Origin: Utricularia gibba
Taxonomy: Eukaryota; Plantae; Magnoliophyta
Reading direction: 5' to 3'
Assembly: GCA_002189035.1 (NCBI GenBank)
Contig: NEEC01000407.1
Location: 1 to 33,702 of the forward strand
Length of the DNA stretch: 33,702 nucleotides
Shown here: positions 23,724-33,702 of the stretch, piece after piece
Position numbering within the stretch: position 1 is the first letter of the stretch
Layout of the letters: each line of letters opens with the position of its first letter
Made by a program: the position numbers and the translations under genes
The notes under the pieces: generated by a model
Told to the model about the DNA's origin: nothing
Databases searched by the model: none
The model's input: the letters and a program-made list of their open reading frames with translations, nothing else

Positions 23724-26700
23724 CGGCTTGCGAAACACGCGTGATTCGTTAATATATGTCAAAATCTTGAATTTCGCGGCATTCTCATGCGTTTCTCCGA
23801 GTGTGCTCGGGCCCTGGGAATTCCTACACCAAGGGTGGCCTCGCGCAGCCTTCGCCATTGACGCCACATCCCAAACCGTTTAGAGTCACGCACACAGCCG
23901 TTTCGAAGCTCATTCTGAGATCGTTTTTCGTGTTGGAATCGCCCATCCGAGGAAAGTTCGAAGCTCGAAGGATGGCCTATATAGCCTTCAATGGTGTCAC
24001 AAAATGGCTAGCCATTGGGGACGTTGCGACTCCTTTGCTCGTTTTTATGCGAAAACTAATCTCGGCTTGCGAAACACGCGTGATTCGTTAATATATGTCA
24101 AAATCTTGAATTTCGCGGCATTCTCATGCGTTTCTCGGGTGTGCTCGGGCCCTGGGACTTCCTACACCAAGGGTGGCCCTCGCGCAGCCTTCGCCATTGA
24201 CGCCACATCGTCCAAACCGTTTAGAGTCACGCGACACACAGCATACCGTTTCGAAGCTCATTCTGAGACGGTCGTTTTTCGTGTTGGGAGTTGCCCATCC
24301 GAGGAAAGTTCGAAGCTCGAAGGATGGCCTATATATAGCCTTCAATGGTGTCACAAAATGGTCTAGCCATTGGGGACATGCGACTCCTTTGCTCGTTTTT
24401 ATGCGAAAATTATTCTCGGATTGCGAAACACGCGTGATTCGTTAATATATGTCAAAATCTTGAATTTCGCGGCATTCTCATGCGTTTCTCCGAGTGTGCT
24501 CGGGCCCTGGGAATTCCTACACCAAGGGTGGCCTCGCGCAGCCTTCGCCATTGACGCCACATCCCAAACCGTTTAGAGTCACGCGACACACAGCATACGT
24601 TTCGAAGCTCATTCCGAGACGGTCGTTTTTCGTGTTGGGAGTTCGCCCATCCGAGGAAAGTTCGAAGCTCGAAGGATGGCCCTATATTAGCCTTCAATGG
24701 TGTCACAAATGGCCTAGCCATTGGGGACATCGCGACTCCTTTGCTCGTTTTTATGCGAAAATTATTCTCGGATTGCGAAACACGCGTGATTCGTTAATAT
24801 ATGTCAAAATCTTGAATTTCGCGGCATTCTCATGCGTTTCTCGAGTGTGCTCGGGCCCTGGGAATTCCTACATTAAGGGGTGGCCTCGCGCAGCCTTCGC
24901 CATTGACGCCACATCGTCCAAACCGTTTAGAGTCACGTGACACAAAGCATACGTTTCGAAGCTCATTCTGAGACGGTCGTTTTTCGTGTTGGGAGCTTGC
25001 CCATCCGAGGAAAGTTCGAAGCTCGAAGGATGGCCTTATATTAGCCTTCAATGGTGTCACAAAATGGTCTAGCCATTGGGGACGTTGGGACTCGTTTGCT
25101 CGTTTTTATGCGAAAATAATCTCGGCTTGCGAAACACGCGTGATTCGTTAATATATGTCAAAATCTTGAATTTCGCGGCATTCTCATGCGTTTCTCCGAG
25201 TGTGCTCGGGCCCTGGGAATTCCTACACCAAGGGTGGCCTCGCGCAGCCTTCGCCATTGACGCCACATCGTCCAAACCGTTTAGAGTCACGCACCGTTTC
25301 GAAGCTCATTCTGACGGTCGTTTTTCGTGTTGGGAGCCCATCCGAGGAAAGTTCGAAGCTCGAAGGATGGCCCTATATTAGCCTTCAATGGTGTCACAAA
25401 ATGGTCTAGCCATTGGGGACATCGCGACTCCTTTGCTCGTTTTTATGCGAAAATTATTCTCGGATTGCGAAACACGCGTGATTCGTTAATATATGTCAAA
25501 ATCTTGAATTTCGCGGCATTCTCATGCGTTTCTCCGAGTGTGCTCGGGCCCTGGGAATTCCTACACCAAGGGGTGGCCTCGCGCAGCCTTCGCCATTGAC
25601 GCCACATCCCAAACCGTTTAGAGTCACGCGCACAAAGCATACCGTTTCGAAGCTCATTCTGAGACGGTCGTTTTTCGTGTTGGAGTCGCCCATCCGAGGA
25701 AAGTTCGAAGCTCGAAGGATGGCCCTATATTAGCCTTCAATGGTGTCACAAAATGGTCTAGCCATTGGGGACGTTGGGACTCGTTTGCTCGTTTTTATGC
25801 GAAAATATCTCGGCTTGCGAAACACGCGTGATTCGTTAATATATGTCAAATCTTGAATTTCGCGGCATTCTCATGCGTTTCTCCGAGTGTGCTCGGGCCT
25901 GGGAATTCCTACACCAAGGGTGGCCTCGCGCAGCCTTCGCCAATTGACGCCACATCGTCCAAACCGTTTAGAGTCACGCGACACAAAGCAACCGTTTCGA
26001 AGCTCATTCTGACGGTCGTTTTTCGTGTTGGAACTCGCCCATCCGAGGAAAGTTCGAAGCTCGAAGGATGGCCCTATATTAGCCTTCAATGGTGTCACAA
26101 AATGGTCTAGCCATTGGGGACGTTGCGACTCCTTTGCTCGTTTTTATGCGAAAATAATCTCGGCTTGCGAAACACGCGTGATTCGTTAATATATGTCAAA
26201 ATCTTGAATTTCGCGGCATTCTCTCATGCGTTTCTCGAGTGTGCTCGGGCCCTGGGAATTCCTACATTAAGGGGTGGCCTCGCGCAGCCTTCGCAATTGA
26301 CGCCACATCGTCCAAACCGTTTAGAGTCACGCGACACACAGCACGTTTCGAAGCTCATTCTGAGACGGTCGTTTTCGTGTTGGAACTCGCCCATCCGAGG
26401 AAAGTTCGAAGCTCGAAGGATGGCCCTATATTAGCCTTCAATGGTGTCACAAAATGGTCTAGCCATTGGGGACATTGCGACTCCTTTGCTCGTTTTTATG
26501 CGAAAATAATTCGGCTTGCGAAACACGCGTGATTCGTTAATATATGTCAAAATCTTGAATTTCGCGGCATTCTCATGCGTTTCTACGGGTGTGCTCGGGC
26601 CCTGGGACTTCCTACACAAGGGGTGGCCTCGCGCAGCCTTCGCCATTGACGCCACATCGTCCAAACCGTTTAGAGTCACGCGACACACAGCATACCGTTT

Positions 26701-29700
26701 CGAAGCTCATTCTGAGACGGTCGTTTTTCGTGTTGGGAGTTGCCCATCCGAGGAAAGTTCGAAGCTCGAAGGATGGCCTTATATTAGCCTTCAATGGTGT
26801 CCCAAAATGGTCTAGCCATTGGGGACATTGCGACTCCTTTGCTCGTTTTATGCGAAAATTATTCTCGGATTGCGAAACACGCGTGATTCGTTAATATATG
26901 TCAAAATCTTGAATTTCGCGGCATTCTCATGCGTTTCTCCGAGTGTGCTCGGGCCCTGGGAATTCCTACACCAAGGGTGGCCTCGCGCAGCCTTCGCCAT
27001 TGACGCCACATCGTCCAAACCGTTTAGAGTCACGCGACACACAGCATACGTTTCGAAGCTCATTCTGAGACGGTCGTTTTCGTGTTGGAGTTCGCCCATC
27101 CGAGGAAAGTTCGAAGCTCGAAGGATGGCCCTATATTAGCCTTCAATGGTGTCACAAAATGGTCTAGCCATTGGGGACGTTGCGACTCGTTTGCTCGTTT
27201 TTATGCGAAAATAATCTCGGCTTGCGAAACACGCGTGATTCGTTAATATGTCAAAATCTTGAATTTCGCGGCATTCTCATGCGTTTCTCCGAGTGTGCTC
27301 GGGCCCTGGGAATTCCTACATTAAGGGGTGGCCTCGCGCAGCCTTCGCCATTGACGCCATCGTCCAAACCGTTTAGAGTCACGCGACACACAGCATACCG
27401 TTTCGAAGCTCATTCTGAGACGTCGTTTTTCGTGTTGGGAGTTCGCCCATCCGAGGAAAGTTCGAAGCTCGACGGATGGCCCTATATAAGCCTTGAATGG
27501 TGTCACAAATGGCCTAGCCATTGGGGACGTTGCGACTCCTTTGCTCGTTTTTATGCGAAATTATTCTCGGATTGCGAAACACGCGTGATTCGTTAATATA
27601 TGTCAAAATCTTGAATTTCGCGGCATTCTCATGCGTTTCTCCGAGTGTGCTCGGGCCTGGGAATTCCTACACCAAGGGTGGCCTCGCGCAGCCTTCGCAT
27701 TGACGCCACATCTCCAACCGTTTAGAGTCACGTGACACAAAGCCGTTTCGAAGCTCATTCTGAGACGGTCGTTTTTCGTGTTGGAACTCGCCCATCCGAG
27801 GAAAGTTCGAAGCTCGAAGGATGGCCCTATATTAGCCTTCAATGGTGTCACAAAATGGTCTAGCCATTGGGGACGTTGCGACTCCTTTGCTCGTTTTTAT
27901 GCGAAAACTAATCTCGGCTTGCGAAACACGCGTGATTCGTTAATATATGTCAAAATCTTGAATTTCGCGGCATTCTCATGCGTTTCTCGGGTGTGCTCGG
28001 GCCCTGGGACTTCCTACACCAAGGGGTGGCCTCGCGCAGCCTTCGCCATTGACGCCACATCGTCCAAACCGTTTAGAGTCACGCGACACACAGCATACCG
28101 TTTCGAAGCTCATTCCGAGACGGTCGTTTTTCGTGTTGGGAGTTGCCCATCCGAGGAAAGTTCGAAGCTCGAAGGATGGCCCTATATTAGCCTTCAATGG
28201 TGTCACAAAATGGTCTAGCCATTGGGGACATTGCGACTCCTTTGCTCGTTTTTATGCGAAAATTATTCTCGGATTGCGAAACACGCGTGATTCGTTAATA
28301 TATGTCAAAATCTTGAATTTCGCGGCATTCTCATGCGTTTCTCCGAGTGTGCTCGGGCCCTGGGAATTCCTACATTAAGGGGTGGCCTCGCGCAGCCTTC
28401 GCCATTGACGCCACATCGTCCAAACCGTTTAGAGTCACGCGACACACAGCATACCGTTTCGAAGCTCATTCTGAGACGATCGTTTTTCGTGTTGGGAGTT
28501 CGCCCATCCGAGGAAAGTTCGAAGCTCGACGGATGGCCCTATATAAGCCTTGAATGGTGTCACAAAATGGCCTAGCCATTGGGGACATTGCGACTCCTTT
28601 GCTCGTTTTTATGCGAAAATTATTCTCGGCTTGCGAAACACGCGTGATTCGTTAATATATGTCAAAATCTTGAATTTCGCGGCATTCTCATGCGTTTCTA
28701 CGGGTGTGCTCGGGCCCTGGGAATTCCTACATTAAGGGGTGGCCTCGCGCAGCCTTCGCCATTGACGCCACATCGTCCAAACCGTTTAGAGTCACGCGAC
28801 ACAAAGCATACCGTTTCGAAGCTCATTCCGAGACGGTCGTTTTTCGTGTTGGGAGTTGCCCATCCGAGGAAAGTTCGAAGCTCGAAGGATGGCCTTATAT
28901 TAGCCTTCAATGGTGTCACAAAATGGTCTAGCCATTGGGGACGTTGCGACTCCTTTGCTCGTTTTTATGCGAAAATTTTCTCGGATTGCGAAACACGCGT
29001 GATTCGTTAATATATGTCAAAATCTTGAATTTCGCGGCATTCTCATGCGTTTCTCCGAGTGTGCTCGGGCCCTGGGAATTCCTACACCAAGGGGTGGCCT
29101 CGCGCAGCCTTCGCAATTGACGCCACAACGTCCAAACCGTTTAGAGTCACGTGACACAAAGCTTCGTTTCGAAGCTCATTCTGAGACGGTCGTTTTTCGT
29201 GTTGGAACTCGCCCCATCCGAGGAAAGTTCGAAGCTCGAAGGATGGCCCTATATTAGCCTTCAATGGTGTCACAAAATGGTCTAGCCATTGGGGACATTG
29301 CGACTCCTTTGCTCGTTTTTATGCGAAAATAATCTCGGCTTGCGAAACACGTGATTCGTTAATATATGTCAAAATCTTGAATTTCGCGGCATTCTCATGC
29401 GTTTCTCCGAGTGTGCTCGGGCCCTGGGAATTCCTACATTAAGGGGTGGCCTCGCGCAGCCTTCGCCATTGACGCCACATCTTCCAAACCGTTTAGAGTC
29501 ACGCGACACAAAGCATTCCGTTTCGAAGCTCATTCTGAGACGGTCGTTTTCGTGTTGGGAACTCGCCCATCCGAGGAAAGTTCGAAGCTCGAAGGATGGC
29601 CTTATATTAGCCTTCAATGGTGTCACAAAATGGTCTAGCCATTGGGGACGCGACTCCTTTGCTCGTTTTTATGCGAAAATATCTCGGCTTGCGAAACACG

Positions 29701-32700
29701 CGTGATTCGTTAATATATGTCAAAATCTTGAATTTCGCGGCATTCTCATGCGTTTCTCGGGTGTGCTCGGGCCCTGGGAATTCCTACACCAAGGGGTGGC
29801 CTCGCGCAGCCTTCGCCATTGACGCCACATCGTCCAAACCGTTTAGAGTCACGCGACACACAGCATACCGTTTCGAAGCTCATTCCGAGACGGTCGTTTT
29901 TCGTGTTGGGAGTTGCCCATCCGAGGAAAGTTCGAAGCTCGAAGGATGGCCTATATTAGCCTTCAATGGTGTCACAAAATGGTCTAGCCATTGGGGACGT
30001 TGCGACTCCTTTGCTCGTTTTTATGCGAAAATTATTCTCGGCTTGCGAAACACGCGTGATTCGTTAATATATGTCAAAATCTTGAATTTCGCGGCATTCT
30101 CATGCGTTTCTCCGAGTGTGCTCGGCCCTGGAATTCCTACACCAAGGGTGGCCTCGCGCAGCCTTCGCCATTGACGCCACATCGTCCAAACCGTTTAGAG
30201 TCACGCGACACACAAAGCAACCGTTTCGAAGCTCATTCTGAGACGGTCGTTTTTCGTGTTGGAGTCGCCCATCCGAGGAAAGTTCGAAGCTCGAAGGATG
30301 GCCCTATATTAGCTTCAATGGTGTCACAAAATGGTCTAGCCATTGGGGACGTTGGGACTCGTTTGCTCGTTTTTATGCGAAAATAATCTCGGCTTGCGAA
30401 ACACGCGTGATTCGTTAATATATGTCAAAATCTTGAATTTCGCGGCATTCTCATGCGTTTCTCCGAGTGTGCTCGGCCCTGGGAATTCCTACATTAAGGG
30501 TGGCCTCGCGCAGCCTTCGCATTGACGCCACAACTTCCAAACCGTTTAGAGTCACGCGCACACAGCATACCGTTTCGAAGCTCATTCTGAGACGGTCGTT
30601 TTTCGTGTTGGGAGCTTGCCCATCCGAGGAAAGTTCGAAGCTCGAAGGATGGCCTTATATTAGCCTTCAATGGTGTCACAAAATGGTCTAGCCATTGGGG
30701 ACATGCGACTCTCTTTGCTCGTTTTTATGCGAAAATTATTCTCGGATTGCGAAACACGCGTGATTCGTTAATATATGTCAAAATCTTGAATTTCGCGGCA
30801 TTCTCATGCGTTTCTCGTGTGCTCGGGCCTGGAATTCCTACACCAAGGGGTGGCCTCGCGCAGCCTTCGCCATTGACGCCACATCGTCCAAACCGTTTAG
30901 AGTCACGCGACACACAGCATACCGTTTCGAAGCTCATTCGAGACGGTCGTTTTTCGTGTTGGGAGTTCGCCCATCCGAGGAAAGTTCGAAGCTCGACGGA
31001 TGGCCCTATATAAGCCTTGATGGTGTCACAAAATGGTCTAGCCATTGGGGACGTTGGGACTCCTTTGCTCGTTTTTATGCGAAAATATCTCGGCTTGCGA
31101 AACACGCGTGATTCGTTAATATATGTCAAAATCTTGAATTTCGCGGCATTCTCATGCGTTTCTAGGGTGTGCTCGGGCCTGGGAATTCCTACACCAAGGG
31201 GTGGCCTCGCGCAGCCTTCGCCATTGACGCCACATCGTCCAAACCGTTTAGAGTCACGCGACACACAGCATATACCGTTTCGAAGCTCATTCTGAGACGG
31301 TCGTTTTTCGTGTTGGAAGTTCGCCCATCCGAGGAAAGTTCGAAGCTCGACGGATGGCCCTATATAAGCCTTGAATGGTGTCACAAAATGGCCTAGCCAT
31401 TGGGGACGTTGCGACTCCTTTGCTCGTTTTTATGCGAAAATTATTCTCGGATTGCGAAACACGCGTGATTCGTTAATATATGTCAAAATCTTGAATTTCG
31501 CGGCATTCTCATGCGTTTCTCCGAGTGTGCTCGGGCCCTGGGAATTCCTACACCAAGGGTGGCCTCGCGCAGCCTTCGCCATTGACGCCACATCTCCCAA
31601 ACCGTTTAGAGTCACGCACACGTTTCGAAGCTCATTCTGAGACGGTCGTTTTTCGTGTTGGATTGCCCATCCGAGGAAAGTTCGAAGCTCGAAGGATGGC
31701 CCTATATTAAGCCTTCAATGGTGTCACAAAATGGCCTAGCCATTGGGGACGTTGCGACTCGTTTGCTCGTTTTTATGCGAAAACTAATCTCGGCTTGCGA
31801 AACACGCGTGATTCGTTAATATATGTCAAAATCTTGAATTTCGCGGCATTCTCATGCGTTTCTCCGAGTGTGCTCGGGCCGGGAATTCCTACATTAAGGG
31901 TGGCCTCGCGCAGCCTTCGCCATTGACGCCACATCGTCCAAACCGTTTAGAGTCACGCGACACACAGCATACCGTTTCGAAGCTCATTCTGAGACGATCG
32001 TTTTTCGTGTTGGGAGTTCGCCCATCCGAGGAAAGTTCGAAGCTCGAAGGATGGCCCTATATAAGCCTTGAATGGTGTCACAAAATGGCTAGCCATTGGG
32101 GACATTGCGACTCCTTTGCTCGTTTTTATGCGAAAATTATTCTCGGATTGCGAAACACGCGTGATTCGTTAATATATGTCAAAATCTTGAATTTCGCGGC
32201 ATTCTCATGCGTTTCTCGGTGTGCTCGGGCCCTGGGAATTCCTACACCAAGGGGTGGCCTCGCGCAGCCTTCGCCATTGACGCCACATCGTCCAAACCGT
32301 TTAGAGTCACGCGACACACAGCATACCGTTTCGAAGCTCATTCTGAGACGATCGTTTTTCGTGTTGGGAGTTCGCCCATCCGAGGAAAGTTCGAAGCTCG
32401 AAGGATGGCCCTATATAAGCCTTCAATGGTGTCACAAAATGGCCTAGCCATTGGGGACGTTGCGACTCCTTTGCTCGTTTTTATGCGAAAATTATTCTCG
32501 GATTGCGAAACACGCGTGATTCGTTAATATGTCAAAATCTTGAATTTCGCGGCATTCTCATGCGTTTCTCGGGTGTGCTCGGGCCCTGGGAATTCCTACA
32601 TTAAGGGGTGGCCTCGCGCAGCCTTCGCCATTGACGCCACATCGTCCAAACCGTTTAGAGTCACGCGACACACAGCATACCGTTTCGAAGCTCATTCTGA

Positions 32701-33702
32701 GACGGTCGTTTTTTCGTGTTGGGAGTTCCCATCCGAGGAAAGTTCGAAGCTCGAAGGATGGCCCTATATAAGCCTTGAATGGTGTCACAAAATGGTCTAG
32801 CCATTGGGGACGTTGGGACTCGTTTGCTCGTTTTTATGCGAAAATTGTTCTCGGATTGCGAAACACGCGTGATTCGTTAATATATGTCAAAATCTTGAAT
32901 TTCGCGGCATTCTCATGCGTTTCTCCGAGTGTGCTCGGGCCCTGGGAATTCCTACACCAAGGGGTGGCCTCGCGCAGCCTTCGCAATTGACGCCACATCC
33001 CAAACCGTTTAGAGTCACGTGGCACAAAGAATTCGTTTCGAAGCTCATTCTGAGACGGTCGTTTTTCGTGTTGGCTCGCCCATCCGAGGAAAGTTCGAAG
33101 CTCGAAGGATGGCCCTATATTAGCCTTCAATGGTGTCACAAAATGGTCTAGCCATTGGGGACGTTGGGACTCGTTTGCTCGTTTTTATGCGAAAATAATT
33201 CTCGGCTTGCGAAACACGCGTGATTCGTTAATATATGTCAAAATCTTGAATTTCGCGGCATTCTCATGCGTTTCTCCGAGTGTGCTCGGGCCCTGGGAAT
33301 TCCTACATTAAGGGGTGGCCTCGCGCAGCCTTCGCAATTGACGCCACATCGTCCAAACCGTTTAGAGTCACGCGACACACAGCATACCGTTTCGAAGCTC
33401 ATTCTGAGACGGTCGTTTTTCGTGTTGGGAGTTCGCCCATCGAGGAAAGTTCGAAGCTCGAAGGATGGCCCTATATTAGCCTTCAATGGTGTCAAAATGG
33501 TCTAGCCATTGGGGACGTTGCGACTCCTTTGCTCGTTTTTATGCGAAAATAATCTCGGCTTGCGAAACACGCGTGATTCGTTAATATATGTCAAAATCTT
33601 GAATTTCGCGGCATTCTCATGCGTTTCTCCGAGTGTGCTCGGGCCCTGGGAATTCCTACATTAAGGGGTGGCCTCGCGCAGCCTTCGCCATTGACGCCAC
33701 AT

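Larger units (their letters stand above)
18457..24416 (+). repeat. 4-monomer (~1.4 kb) higher-order repeat segment
   Basis: The EcoRI-negative allele GACTTC occurs at 18550, 19953, 21361, 22765 and 24156 (spacing 1403, 1408, 1404, 1391 bp). Each time it has a TCTCGGGT head and is followed by a CGGATT-starting monomer. Confidence 0.8.
1..33702 (+). repeat. Tandem satellite DNA array, ~357-bp monomer, 96 complete copies plus one partial, all head-to-tail
   Basis: The motif CGG(C/A)TTGCGAAACACGCGTGATTCGTTAATATATG recurs about every 350 bp (starts 1, 353, 704, 1049, 1401, 1753, 2110 ... 32499, 32852, 33203, 33556) with no intervening unique sequence. Mean spacing is (33556-1)/96 = ~349.5 bp. The longest copies are 357 bp. 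Confidence 0.99.
17063..33702 (+). repeat. Right sub-array (monomers 50-97), enriched in the haplotype GACGGT / GCTCGAAGG / TATATTAGCCTTCA / TGGTCTAG
   Basis: Hand count: GCTCGAAGG in ~40 of 47 complete monomers and GAGACGAT-type in only ~5. The three-G AAGGGTGG and the TGGAACTCGCC variants are confined to this side. Confidence 0.85.

Noticed and set aside
24932-24941. GTCACGTG matches budding-yeast CDEI (RTCACRTG)
   Set aside because: It appears in only a few monomers through a single C-to-T change. There is no AT-rich CDEII or CDEIII, and a 357-bp satellite is not a point centromere.
1-33702. CRISPR array or other repeat-spacer system
   Set aside because: There are no unique spacers. The sequence between conserved motifs is itself repeated with only a few recurrent alleles, and no cas-like genes are present.
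1-33702. 5S rDNA or tRNA gene tandem array
   Set aside because: I recognise no 120-nt 5S coding sequence and no complete cloverleaf, only short box-like motifs with wrong spacing.
1-33702. Telomeric repeats, transposon insertions or orientation switches inside the array
   Set aside because: None were seen. Every monomer start follows the previous monomer's tail directly on the same strand.

Overview
The whole window is one uninterrupted head-to-tail tandem satellite array with a single orientation: 96 complete monomers plus a 147-bp partial one. The full-length monomer is 357 bp (e.g. 23367-23723) and the observed mean is about 350 bp. The monomer is about 50% GC and CpG-rich. I found no credible gene, transposon, telomere repeat, CRISPR array or inversion, and every listed ORF is a re-translation of the same monomer. 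Length, a per-monomer EcoRI site and tRNA/Pol III-like motifs suggest a plant satellite, possibly of the rice Os48/TrsA (~355 bp) type, but this is unverified. The informative signal lies in the variant pattern, scored by eye. There are two sub-domains with a sharp switch near 17.06 kb. The right domain has a 4-monomer higher-order period with a nested 2-monomer period. The left domain has block duplications offset by 14 and 42 monomers. Monomers are mosaics of biallelic modules. Small deletions fall almost only on polymorphic sites, which points to a collapsed-repeat consensus artefact partly masking a diverged subfamily.
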